64,000 nucleotides of DNA from Haliotis cracherodii (taxonomy: Eukaryota): the NCBI RefSeq assembly GCF_022045235.1, contig NW_027266286.1:27156001-27220000 (forward strand), read 5' to 3'. Made by a program: the position numbers and the translations under genes. Positions 35,022-47,701 of the stretch are shown in pieces. The notes beneath the pieces are model-generated. The model was not told where the DNA came from, did not search any database, and worked only from the letters and a program-made list of their open reading frames with translations. The number at the start of each line of letters is the position of its first letter. Positions within the stretch are counted from its first letter, which is position 1.

Positions 35022-35886
35022 TGTTAAAGGGACAGCAGGACTATAAAACGATCGGACTAGATCGGATATTAATAGAGACGCATTTATCGTTGTAAATATA
35101 CACGTAGTTTCGGATTGTCATATCTCATCGGGATTGAGGACATATTTTATTATCTTGTGTGGGTCGTACTTGTTAATTTATTGCCCTTTCGGTCGGTGGT
35201 TAAGGAAAATAAAATATTATGTTGACAGTGCTTTCTTGTGTTGTTCTTTTTAAAAAGTAAAGTACGTCCGTAAAGCGTCTACAAAAAGATGGAAAAGGCA
35301 TGGAACGATTTGAATGTTATACGAACATGTTAATGTAAACGAAATGTTGCCATGGGGATTGATAACACTAAGCCGCAATGGATTAATTTGTTTAATCACG
35401 AATCACAAGATATCAGGATCGGAATTGTATTATCAAAGTAGATTAAGTCTCTTTCACACTTAGGGTGATGATAGTGTGTGGATATAGAATCATTTATTGA
35501 ATGTGTAGTTGTGTATGATTTATACAGTGTTTATCAGGGCGGAGATAGTCGCCTTCAGCCTGGACGGAGCCGGTCATTGGGGCGACCTTCATATAGATAT
35601 CCCAGTCGAGGTCTGACGCTGATAGGTTTACAGTCCGCTGCTAATCTATCGTGTTTGTGTGGAAATTGCTTGATGACAGTTTCATTTATCTATCAATTGG
35701 AGGTTTTAAGTGGATATTTACCGAGGTTAAGTTTAGATGCTATCGTTATGGATGTATGTGTTGGCGTAGTATATTATATCAGCAGCGGGAGTATGGGAGT
35801 AGTGGCAGGCGAAGTAGCAACAGTAGCGACAGTGGACCACAGTTAGTAACAATATCATATGCGCGTCATTCGTGCAGTTCACGATA

Positions 35887-36949
35887 ATACACTCAAGCCT
35901 GTGTTTGGACACAGCTACATGTATACTCAAGTCTATGTTTGGACACAGCTACATGTATACTCAAGTCTATGTTTGGACACAGCTACACGTATACTCAAGT
36001 CTGTGTTTGGACACAGTTACATGTATACTCAAGTCCGTCTTTGGACACAGCTACACGTATACTCAAGTCTATGTTTGGACACAGCTACATGTATACTCAA
36101 GTCTATGTTTGGACACAGCTACACGTATACTCAAGTCTATGTTTGGACACAGCTACATGTATACTCAAGTCTGTGTTTGGACACAGCTACATGTATACTC
36201 AAGTCTGTGTTTGGACACAGCTACATGTATACTCAAGTCTGTGTTTTGACACAGCTACATGTATACTCAAGTCTATGTTTGGACACAGCTACATGTATAC
36301 TCAAGTCTATGTTTGGACACAGCTACATGTATACTCAAGTCTATGTTTGGACACAGCTACACGTATACTCAAGTCTGTGTTTGGACACAGCTACATGTAT
36401 ACTCAAGTCTGTGTTTGGACACAGCTACATGTATACTCAAGTGTATGTTTGGACACAGCTACATGTATATTCAAGTCTATGTTTGGACACAGCTACACGT
36501 ATACTCAAGTCTGTGTTTGGACACAGCTACATGTATATTCAAGTCTATGTTTGGACACAGCTACACGTATACTCAAGTCTATGTTTGGACACAGCTACAC
36601 GTATACTCAAGTCTGTGTTTGGACACAGCTACATGTATACTCAAGTCTGTGTTTGGACACAGCTACATGTATACTCAAGTCTATGTTTGGACACAGCTAC
36701 ACGTATACTCAAGTCTGTGTTTGGACACAGCTACATGTATACTCAAGTCTGTGTTTGGACACAGCTACACGTATACTCAAGTCTGTGTTTGGACACAGCT
36801 ACATGTATACTCAAGTGTATGTTTGGACACAGCTACATGTATACTCAAGTCTGTGTTTGGATACAGCTACATGTATACTCAAGTCTGTGTTTGGACACAG
36901 CTACACGTATACTCAAGTCTGTGTTTGGACACAGTTACATGTACACTCA
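35887..36949. repeat. 34-bp minisatellite, ~31 copies
   Basis: GTATACTCAAGTCTRTGTTTGGACACAGCTACAY; starts at 35921, 35955, etc. Confidence 0.97.
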
Positions 36950-37289
36950 GGTCAATAGAGTTCTCATACGAATTATATACACCAAGTAGCTTCGCATTTC
37001 ACAAGAAGTACCTGCACTTTCGCTGTACACTCTATCACATTCATGCATACACACACGTCCAGTATCCTAGCATTGCAGTACACGATATCACGTGCATATA
37101 CAACTGTTTTGTATGCTACAGTTTTGCGGTACATAGTTGTATTCCATACACAAACCCGCAGTGTGGCACTATCTCTGTCTGAGATCAGATAAGCACATGC
37201 TCCTGGGTGATGTTTCTGCAGCCTTGGTATGTAGGTCAACTCGGGTGTCCTCCCACTATGGACGTACACGTCGCTCACTTCAACACCGT

Positions 37290-38257
37290 CGTCTCAGGTG
37301 TAAAGGGGGGACTGTGACAAAGTCGTCTCAGGTGTTAAAGGGGGGCTGTAACAGAATCGTCTGGGGTGTTAAAAGGGGGCTGTAACAGAGTCGGCTCAGG
37401 TGTTAAAAGGGGGCTGTAACAGAGTCGGATTAGGTGTTAAAAGGGGGCTGTAACAGAGTCGGCTCAGGTGTTAAAAGGGCACTGTAACAGGATCGTCTGA
37501 GGTGTTAATATTGGGCTGTAACAGAGTCGGCTCAGGTGTTAAAAGGGGCTGTAACAGAGTCGGCTCAGGTGTTAAAAGGGGCTGTAACAGAGTCGGCTCA
37601 GGTGTTAAAAGGGGCTGTAACAGAGTCGGTTCAGGTGTTAAAAGGGGACTGTAACAGAGTCGGTTCAGGTGTTAAAAGGGGACTGTAACAGAGTCGGTTC
37701 AGGTATTAAAAGGGGACTGTAACAGAGTCGGTTCAGGTGTTAAAAGGGGACTGTAACAGGATCGTCTGAGGTGTTAATATTGGGCTGTAACAGAGTCGGC
37801 TCAGGTGTTAAAAGGGGCTGTAACAGAGTCGGCTCAGGTGTTAAAAGGGGGCTGTAACAGAATCGGTTCAGGTGTTAAAAGGGGGCTGTAACAGAGTCGG
37901 TTCAGGTGTTAAAAGGGGACTGTAACAGGATCGTCTGAGGTGTTAATATTGGGCTGTAACAGAGTCGGCTCAGGTGTTAAAAGGGGCTGTAACAGAGTCG
38001 GCTCAGGTGTTAAAAGGGGGCTGTAACAGAGTCGGTTCAGGTGTTAAAAGGGGGCTGTAACAGAGTCGGTTCAGGTGTTAAAAGGGGACTGTAACAGGAT
38101 CGTCTGAGGTGTTAATATTGGGCTGTAACAGAGTCGGCTCAGGTGTTAAAAGGGGCTGTAACAGAGTCGGCTCAGGTGTTAAAAGGGGCTGTAACAGAGT
38201 CGGCTCAGGTGTTAGAGGGGGCTGTAACAGAGTCGTCTGGGGTGTTAAAAGGGGGAC
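37290..38257. repeat. 33-35-bp minisatellite with higher-order structure, ~28 copies
   Basis: TCAGGTGTTAAAAGGGG(G)CTGTAACAGAGTCGGY with recurring variant GATCGTCTGAGGTGTTAATATTGGG. Confidence 0.95.
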
Positions 38258-39689
38258 TAGAATCAGGGTTATTTGGCAGTCCAAGCCCTTTTGTGTGTCT
38301 GTCAAGTCACAAATTGTTGCATATATTAATGTGACAGTAAAAGTTTACAATGTCTCAGTTTCAACCGTGGAACTTCAACATCTAGATATAGACTGATAAT
38401 GGCCAGCATCCTTGGATCACAATCCTCCTTTAAAAGCAGCGAACTTTCTGTGTTAATGTTATGTCTCGTCGTGTTTTTGTGTCTATGTATACAGGCTGAC
38501 GAGGGCATACCCCGGGAAGAATAACTCGGGCAAAAAAAAGACTGAAAAAACAATCCTAGACACTGCATTTATGCACATATTTGCTCTGCATTGTCAACAG
38601 GTTGAAGTGCGAGGTGTTTAAATTGTTTGTAAGTCAGTGAAACGTTTTTTAAATAGAAATTCAGACGCACATAGCTATGGTTTAGAAATGTGAAGGATAG
38701 GGATTAATTTGAATTGTTTTGAAGTCAAATCGGTTTCAAAGGGGATTGCTGTGGAAAGAATCTGCCAGAATTGTGAGAAAAGTCTGAATTAATGAAAGAA
38801 ATAAAGCGGAGGGGGAGTTAAAGGGAGGGAGGGGGGGTTTTGGTGCTAGAAAATTGCCCCCAGCTTCCCGTCATGACGCCTGTATGCAAACATGTTTTTT
38901 GTGATTGGTCGTTTCACTTGTCTAACCGTGTTAATGTGTTTGACCACAGCAAATAGTCACAAGACTTGACAAGTTTTACCTGTGTGCGACGTTGCCGGTT
39001 GCCCATGTTAAAGACAGGGGCCCAGCTGACCGCGGACAATGCCCTCGTGTCGGAGATACTAAGTCAATATTTTAGATTTGAACTCCAGATCCCAAAGTCA
39101 AACTTCTATAAAGAGCCTTGTGAAGTCGTTATGTGACTATATTTGACATTTAACAAAGTTAACATTTTAGTATGGGATTGCTGGCAAAGGCTAGCATATA
39201 TACGCATATTCTAGACGTTGATTTGAAGCACACAAGGATTTCAACAGTACCCCACAACCATTTGAATTTTGTGTTGACTTGTGTACAAAGTTTAAAAACA
39301 TAATCGACCCGAATGGCCGTATGCAAAATCAAGAAGCTTGCCTTAAGTGCAACATGAAATATCAACCGATAATAACTTTTGAAATTTGGTTTGAAAAAAT
39401 AAATATATGAAAACAAAAATATACGTTTCTACCTAGTTCCGTTACAAAATGCGATCGTATATATATATCTCCGAATACCGTAAGTCTTTGTTGGCCAGGG
39501 ATACGTCGGCGTTGCTTGTTTCCAGCGAGTCTAGACCTTGACGTCATAATTAACGTCATATGTGAAACTAAGACATTGTGTATTAAGGGTAATAATAATA
39601 ATAATTATTAACTGCTGGATCACATCATACAATTTGAGTTAGTGTGCAACGAAAGATGTTTTAAATGACTTATACTGCCAATTGACCAG

Positions 39690-39796
39690 GGTCTCGTTCC
39701 ACGAAGCGATCTTAGTGTTACGACTATCGTAAGCCAGTGTTAAAGTACGGGACTTACGATCACCTTAGCGCTAAGATGGCTTTGTGGAACTGGGCC
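39690..39796. mobile_element. PIF/Harbinger-like MITE, followed by a second partial copy at ~39803-39890
   Basis: 3-bp TSD CAG; imperfect TIR GGTCTCGTTCCACGAAGCGATCTTAG / CTAAGATGGCTTTGTGGAACTGGGCC. Confidence 0.7.
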
Positions 39797-40358
39797 CAGC
39801 TGGGTCTCGTTCCACGAAGCGATCTTAGTGCTTAAATGACCGTAACGCCCATACTTTAACAAAGGCTTACGGAAGCCGTAGCGCTATGCTCGCTGCAGGT
39901 AAAGGCCGACGTCGTAACCCATGGCGCATACCCCGGGTGTTGCCGCTGGTGTCGTATGCTGGTATGCCTAGAACGCTACGGCATTGTATGTTCATATTTT
40001 GACCGCGCTTAGTTCATGTACACATCCACATGGAGACTAGACTGGAATCGTTTCTTCTGACGGTTACATGACTATAGGCAGTGATCGTCACACTTCAACA
40101 CATAACTCTCGCAGCCGCTCCATAGCATTGGAAATCTAATCGTGTCTAGTTTCTCTCGTTTATAGTCAACGTTAGATGTGTTCCTTACTGGAATCTTTAA
40201 ATGTAATGTTTCAGACATGCTATTTACATGACAAATGTTCTGAAATCCTGGAATCTAAACAATTCACTCAAGGTCTCTGTCGGAAATCTACTACTCCTAT
40301 AGTAGATTATACAGTATGTAAATTATGTCTATCTAACATTTGAATTCAAAATTACATA

Positions 40359-40514
40359 TGAGTGAGTATTGTTTAACGCCGCTTTTAGAGGTTTTCAATA
40401 TCAGACGGGTGACACAGGAAATGGGCTTCCCACATTAGACCCATGTAGGGTATCGAACCTGGGTATTTGAGGTTACAAGCGAACGCTTTACCGACTAGGC
40501 TACCCCTCCACCCC
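40359..40514 (-). mobile_element. SINE family A, diverged
   Basis: GAGTGAGTATTGTTTAACGCCGC...GAAATGGGCTTC...AGCGAACGCTTTA...CTAGGCTACCC. Confidence 0.8.
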
Positions 40515-41610
40515 TTTATCGAAATGTATCATTTTGTACCATGCCGTTAAATGTATGATATATGTCATGTTAAAAACACTCAGTGTCTTTAAATTGTTGA
40601 TGTCGTGCTGGTTCACAGACTATCACAGAATCCGTTCAGCTGTGGACGTTGATAGACACTGAAATTAGGTTAAACAGTGATATAGATAAGCAAAGGTATC
40701 ATCATTGTGTTTCCCCGAAACCAGCCAAGCATTAACACTCATGGGTCATTAAGTCTTTTGGAAATCAATGGAATTGACGGTTCGCGGACAATGGTCGGAA
40801 TGAGGCGCCCAACATTGTATCTTCTGACTTTGTGTAGAGCAATCGTAGAAAACAGTCCGAACCAGTCAATTGATGAACACTGTACCCACATCTGCTCATA
40901 AATCGCTTGTAATGTGAATGCACTAGATGGCGCTGTAAATATCCATGGCAACTGGTGCATAGACACAATGCCATTCACAGAACGTTGCTTCGAATTATGG
41001 GTGTAAAGTATGTAATTGTAAGTAGTTGGAAGGAAATAGCATGAAAGTGAGCATAGTCGTAAGGAAGGCATTATCACAATGCACATGTTGTCAGTGCAGG
41101 CTAAATGCACCAGGATGTTCAGTGAATCATGACAGGAGTGGCCCAAAATGTACCAGGTTGGTATGCTGTTCCTCCTCAACTCAATGTCCCCAGTCTCCGA
41201 GGAAACATTCCCAAAACACATACTGATGTAGACGTGGGTCCGTATCCCAGTTATGTAAGAAAATCATTATCATTACCAAATATGGACAGCCCATTGACCC
41301 CTTCACCTTCAGGAGGATGCTATTGGTGACAACAGCTGCCGGCTGTGGATTCTCACTGTTTCATAAAGATATCATTTTTTGTTGGGTAATAACTAAACAT
41401 TCAAATCGTGCGTGCGTCCGTTCGTTCATGCGTGCGTGCGTGCAAGAAAATGTTCCCTAGAAGCGCTTCATTCATATCCGGTTGGGTGGGGGGTGGAGTG
41501 GATGATGTGTGGTGTGTGTAGGGGAGGGAGAGAGAGAGGGAGAGAGAGATTGAAATGCTTTTAATATAAAGAAAGAAGGTACGCATAGGGTATTTTCATT
41601 TCCTTGTGTT

Positions 41611-41622
41611 GAGTGTGAGTGT

Positions 41623-41653
<31 letters not shown>

Positions 41654-41659
41654 GGGGGG
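41611..41659. repeat. (GT)n microsatellite followed by G23
   Basis: Seen directly; G run at 41637-41659. Confidence 0.95.
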
Positions 41660-42395
41660 TGTTAAACTGTCTTTTAATGTTCAATTAAATGAGGCCCGTG
41701 TATTCCCTTCATTTCCTGAAGCTGAAGAAATCTAGCCGAAGTATTTAGACCTGCATGGTATATTTCATGTATATTTGTCTCACAGCCTGTACAAGAGACT
41801 ACACCAATGGCTGCAGCATGAGAGTCTGTATCATCATCACATGACCCTACTCAGTCTGTCTTACAGACCCTGATACAAATACATCAAATACAGCTCATGC
41901 AAGTCTAAATGTTTGGCAAGTCTAGATTACTGCAGTATCTGGGCTCCCTTATATTATATTTTTATTAAGATAATTGAACAACTGTTTTTTTCTGTACGAT
42001 ATGTTCATTTCAGAGACAAGATGTTAGTCTACACCTTACGTTACAGGAGGAAATGGCAATGCAAGACTTTGTTTCCAGTGATCTCTCCATGTTGGTTAAT
42101 TGCAGGTCACATTTGGGAATTGTGTTTGGTACATATCCATGGTGAGAGTACATCTGGTGTTACACACTTTAGTTTCATGAGAACCCAATAGGCTTCAACT
42201 CCCTACAGGAAACAGATGTAGTTACCACTGTGTAGACAACAACCTGCCTGTCATGTGTAACACTCCTCCGTCAAATTAAACCTGATAAACCCACTGTTTT
42301 TCATATTCCTTTTTAATATGTTTTTCTTAAAATTTTCACCCATCCTATGGAGATTCCAGGTTACTGGTCCCCAGCCACCTATGCTGGTTGTAAGA

Positions 42396-42590
42396 TTTGG
42401 TTTCTTGTTTTACGCCGCCCTCAGCAATATTTAAGCTGTATGACGGCGGTCTGTAAATAATCGAGTCTGGACCATACAATCCAGTGATTGATATAAGCAT
42501 CAATCTACCCGAATGGGATACGATGACATGCATTTTTTACGTCAAGCATTGGTTGCTAAAGACCTATTCTACTCCGGATCTTACAGGTTT
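42396..42590 (-). mobile_element. Family B copy, internally deleted
   Basis: CTCAGCAATATTTAAGCTGTATGACGGCGGTCTGTAAATAATCGAGTCTGGACC and AAGACCTATTCTACTCCGGATCTT. Confidence 0.8.
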
Positions 42591-42608
42591 GTAGCAGATT
42601 GTATCATA

Positions 42609-42887
42609 TGTGGTGTCTCCTTAGGCAAGTGACTTTGCTGGAAATGTGCCTCTGTTCACCAAGCAGTGAATGGGTACCCGGTAGGATGAGATGGTAATGT
42701 GACTGTTAACCTAGTGCCTCGTAGGCAGCTTAGGATGTATACTCCCCAGGGAGAAGAGAATGAAAATCAAGTGCACATTGGATCATTGACCGGGGTAATA
42801 ATATTGTAGCTCTATGAGTATACAGTTGGTGAATGAAAGTTGGTGCATTATAAATGCAAAAATTATTATTATTATTATTTATTATTA
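42609..42887 (+). mobile_element. CORE-SINE-like element with L2-like (TAT)n tail
   Basis: GTGTCTCCTTAGGCAAGTGACTT...TGCCTCTGTTCACC...GTGAATGGGTACC resembles the CORE domain; ends GCATTATAAATGCAAAA(TTA)n. Confidence 0.6.
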
Positions 42888-43720
42888 TGATATAAATCAC
42901 TGGATTGTTTGATTCAGACTTGATTAATTTACAGGCTGCTAGCATACAGCTTGAATATTGCTTAGAGCAGCATGAAACAACCAACAGACAAAACAAGCAA
43001 AGGAACCATCTTTCATCAGAGTAGGTTGGCTTTAAACAACTTGAACATTACAGAATCTGAAAATGAGTCAGTGGCTGCTATATAAATAGATGAATAGATA
43101 GATTGCCAGTCATGCCGTTCATCAGACGAGGTGCTATTCCGATTGTCAAGGAAACATGTATATAGGGACAAATTATAGTAAAGTTAGTCATATCAGTAAT
43201 CTGAAGATAAGTTAACTTCAGCAAAGTCCGAAATAATGATACATTTACGAAGTAAGTATTTTCGTGTGGTTCACAGCTGGGTCAAGAGGTAGATGTTTGT
43301 CGTGGTCAGTCAGGATCTCCCAGCCAACTCGGACCATAAACTGTCTGTATTTCTCTCGTGATGGACATCGCACCAGATTAACCAGTAATTAAAGACTGCA
43401 GGTGTGACTGGGAGAGGAGCAACATATAAATAATGGTCTCGTTGGTCTGGCTGGTCGTGTTAGGGGCTGGCTCGGTGGTCAGGCTGGTCAGAGGTCTGTG
43501 ACATTCTTATGGACTGCTTGACATCATGATGAAGCTGTGGATGTGCGGGGTAGCAGTACCAGATCCAGAGGGGAAGGGGAGTGGGGGGTTTGGGGATTGG
43601 TCTACATCTGAAGACATTTTGTAAGCACATTTCCTACCATGATAACATGTTGGTTTGGTTGTTAAAGTAAAATTATTAATAAATGGTCCAAGTGGAACCC
43701 CAGGGGTAAGGCTGGTAAAA

Positions 43721-43887
43721 GTGAGTGAGTGAGTATTATTTTACGCTGCTTTTAGCAATATTCCAGCAATATCATGGCGGGGGACACCAGAAATGGGCTT
43801 CACACATTGTACCCATGTCAGGAATCAAACCCGGGTCTTCGGCGTGACGAGCGAACGCTTTAACCACTAGGCTACCCGACCACCCCT
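43721..43887 (-). mobile_element. SINE family A, full length
   Basis: 11-bp TSD GGCTGGTAAAA at 43710-43720 and 43888-43898; several CpG-to-TpG/CpA changes. Confidence 0.92.
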
Positions 43888-44274
43888 GGCTGGTAAAATA
43901 CTGCTCCAGCTGGGATTGTCAGTGTTTTGTTTATTTGGTTGTATTTTGAATGTGTTCAGTGATGGTTGTGACGTTGGTTAATTGTCTCATTGGTTTTGAT
44001 ATTACTTCTGGGTTTGATTCCTGTAATTGTTCAGCTGGCAAACAGGACCACAGCCTCTGTAAAATTAATGCATGGTCCCATAGATAATTTAAAAAATCAG
44101 TTAAAATTTGTCCTTAATCAATATTCTATCTTTTGTAGTAATGATATTTCATTTTTTTGCTCCAGATGATTGGAACACCTTGATATTATTTGACTGGCCC
44201 TGATTAATTTTTGATGGCATTTGTCCAGTGGACCCTCATATTTGTCCAATTTGTTGTCCAGACAGTAAATATGT

Positions 44275-44465
44275 AAAATAAAACCTTGTAAATCCGGATG
44301 GCTGTGTTGCCATCGATATTGTCCTGATTAACAGTTTTCCAGATTAATGAATCATGGGTACAGAGTAATGTCCCCTTTGTCTACATACAAGCGTTTGCCG
44401 CTGGAGTTGTGTGAAAGGTGGGGTTTCCCGATTAACAGGGTCCAGACTAACGAGGTTCAGACTAT
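44275..44465. mobile_element. Possible Tigger-like MITE remnant
   Basis: AAACCTTGTAAATCCGGA...TCCAGACTAACGAGGTTCAGACTATA imperfect TIRs. Confidence 0.4.
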
Positions 44466-44514
44466 ATCAGTATATCTTGTGAAATAACCCTTAGACCATA
44501 CCAAGCTCTTGTGT

Positions 44515-44610
44515 TTGAGACCTGTATCACTTTGGGCTTTCCCCCCACATTAAGCTGACACGCTTATTAAGCTTGAATGCTGTTCAAAGGGGCATAAAGC
44601 CCCCTCACTC
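44515..44610 (+). mobile_element. Family D 3' fragment
   Basis: TGAGACCTGTATCACTTTGGGCTTTCCCCCCACATTAAGCTGACACGC. Confidence 0.7.
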
Positions 44611-46449
44611 TTTGCTCATACAACTGGTTTGCCTGGCCCAGACTCTTATCTTATCATGTACCAACCGCATCTGGAATATTGCTAGACTTGCACAAGTCTC
44701 TAAGTCAATTATTATTAGTTTAAATCATAATTTTTTAGATTATGTGAATAATACGAACAAGTTGTCCCTATAAGAGACTGGAGTCCTTGTACTGTCCACT
44801 ATCTAGACATGCCTATTAGGAAGAAAATTTATACACATCCATGGACTTTTCTTTCAGTACAGACTTGGAGCAAGGCTAGAATATTGTTGACTACAGCATT
44901 AAACAACATTCACTGCCTCATAGTTCCAAGTTCACATGTATGGGATTTATGATGGCCTTCAGTTTGTGGTCAGCTGGTCACCTGACAATGACCATCCCAG
45001 TAATGTGTAAGCCGGTTGTTGTCTAGTAGCACTGGTCAGTGGTAGAACCTGCTGATAAGCTTGCACAGCATGTTTAAAGCCAGTCAGACAGAGTGTTGGA
45101 GGTGCATGTCCACAACTTTATTCCAACATGACCTCAGTCTGACCCGGTGGTCTAAGACCTCCACGATGTGTCTGTCTGCTAGTGTTAGGATAAGCTTCTT
45201 CACCTGCTATTATCATTATAGTCAGGATTATGCCTGACTAATGCCTCAATAGTCAATTACACTCCCCATTGGTCTTCCTTACCAGTAAAATTAGCCACTT
45301 GGTAGATGTAGGCTGTGTAAGTTGCAGCTGCTATTTTCCAGACGACTGATTCTGTGGCATGCCATATTTAGAATTCTGTAAATTTTTCCTGCAATTTCTT
45401 TATGTTGACTTTGTCATAACAATTTCATATAATTTTGGTTTTTCATGAAACCAGTCTTGTTCATTTTTAAATTTCTTAAATTCTTTCTGAAATTATATGT
45501 TCATAGTGGTAAGGTCAACACTATCATCTGTATTATCATTTTTATTCATATATTTCTGTATTAGGATTGCCACTTGTCAGCATACTTTCTGACAAGAATT
45601 GAACCTTTATATACATATTTACATTATATAATTTGGGAGATTAATTCTTTTTGAATGTGTCTATCAGTAATACTGCAGGACAAGACTTCTCTTACACTAC
45701 TTTAGGCCCAAACCATCTTGAAGAATTCATAGAATTTGCTTCAATACAGCGCAGCCAGGTACATTAGAAAGGTAAATATGTGTTTGAGTTATTCAATGAA
45801 ATCTCTAAAAGCTCATCCTGCTTTCATTGAATTAAACATCCTCACAATTTGGCTGTATGGGGATATGTGTATTAACTGTGGTTTAAAAGCCTTAAAGATA
45901 TCTAATTTCAAATACATTTCAAGCATGAAACCGGTTAATTACTGCATACTTCCCGGGATAAATATTTACATTGAACATGATCATTGTAATGTTTGAAAGG
46001 ATTTTCATAATCCATTAAGAAATATGTGACGAGAATAGCGTGGTCCTGAGCTTTCCAGGTACTCTCAGACCTCTGACCCATCTCTCCATAATTCACTTCA
46101 ATGCTGTTTTTGTTCTGTTTTAATGCCGTGAAAAAACTGTTTATGTAAATGATTGAGTCGGATCTTGTCGATAAGTGGCATAAGCATGTCTGTGTGCGAT
46201 GTTCTCAGCAGGCGAAGATGTCACAGTGAATCAAGGGCAGGTAATCCATGACCCGATAAGGCTGTAGCAGTGCATCTTTTATATATAGACAATGTTTAAC
46301 ACAGCTGACAGCGGCTTGCACAACTAACCTACATTACGAACCTCCTCTGTTATTATTTACGCTAGTATGCAGTGGATCATTGCTTTATTATCAATCATAT
46401 ATTTTTAATAAACGTTTTGAATGGACTACCACTTATTGCTAAGTCATGC

Positions 46450-47230
46450 CCGAAGACGACATAGCAAGGATTTTTGTGGTAATTGCCAGTAGCTCTGGGG
46501 CAACACTGGAGAGAGGTTTCCGTGAAACCTGCCTTAGATATGCTGACTCTTCTGGGCCGGCTTCCATAATTCTGAATAATGTTATTGAAAGCCTGGTGAA
46601 TATCCTTGATTTCTGTAATGGCGTAGTCGGGTCTGAATAGAAAGGGTTATTGTATAGAAGTTGGGTGGATCAACCTACAGGCTTTCCTTTTGATGCGAGA
46701 TTTTCTGGTGCCTAGCACTTGAAGGGACTCGACCATGGGATAAACACTCGCGTGGTCCTCCCGTCTTCTTACGACCAGTTAGTTCCACTGTAAGGCAATA
46801 GGACTGTATTGGTATCAGGAGTAATATTAATCTTACATTTATCAACATTTGCAGCCGTGATTTAATTTATAGTGAAGTTGACTGTGCCATGTTCTATAGG
46901 GAGTGATTGAAAAGCTGTATGCTTGAGTGGTTCTAATTACGTTGTTATTCCATTAATGTTGACAAGTAAAGAGAGAGGATTTGTTTATTTTATTTAGATT
47001 TTGCCTGTTGTTTGAGTGTGAAGGCATTGGACGAGGACTTGATGATGGTCTTGAGTGACCCTATTGAGAAGAAAGTGTTGTATTTGCATAGATTTTGTCC
47101 ATTGAGGGTTCCTAAGTGGATTTCTCAACAAATTATTCATGGTCATCTGGGACTGCATTAGTAGGTAGACATTCAGATTGTAGGCATTGAGAAAGGATGT
47201 AATTTGATACATGTCATGGCCAGTTTTACA
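46450..47230 (-). pseudogene. Highly degenerate LINE ORF2 reverse-transcriptase fragment (I/Jockey-group-like)
   Basis: Minus-strand motifs in the expected order: AVP.DH (KAFDSVPH-like), IQHFLLNR, PLSLLVNING (PLLF..YIND-like), LFRPDYA (LIRP.LDYA-like); many frameshifts. Confidence 0.45.
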
Positions 47231-47534
47231 TAGATAGGGATCTTGGTTAGAAAGAAAATATTTTTGTTATTTAACAAACTAAGGTAAATCATTCATTTCT
47301 CTTGTTTCCAGTCTGTCTGAAGTGAGAGAGGTTGAGTCTATCTCCACCAGATTGTCTGTCATGCCCCTGAAGGCTTCACCATGGTGGGCTTGCATTTTTT
47401 AACTCCCTGCAATTTTGTATTTTGGGACTGAGACTTTAAAAAATCAACAATGTGTTCCAGATAATGCAGAAAAATAATAATTTGTCCTGTTTTGATGGAT
47501 GATCCAGAAAATAAAATGTTTTGGGTCTTAAAGT

Positions 47535-47701
47535 GAGTGAGTGAGTGAGTATGGTTTTACGCCGCTTTTAGCAGTATTCCAGCAATATCACGGCGGGGGA
47601 CACCAGAAATGGTCTTCACACATTGTACCCATGACGGAAATCGATCCCGGGTCTTCGGTGCGACGAGCGACGCTTTAACCACTAGGCTACCCGATCGCCC
47701 C
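47535..47701 (-). mobile_element. SINE family A, full length
   Basis: 15-bp TSD TTTGGGTCTTAAAGT at 47520-47534 and 47702-47716. Confidence 0.93.

Noticed and set aside
35887-38257. CRISPR-like arrays (33-35-bp repeats)
   Set aside because: Units are head-to-tail with no unique spacers, there are no cas genes, and the context is eukaryotic.
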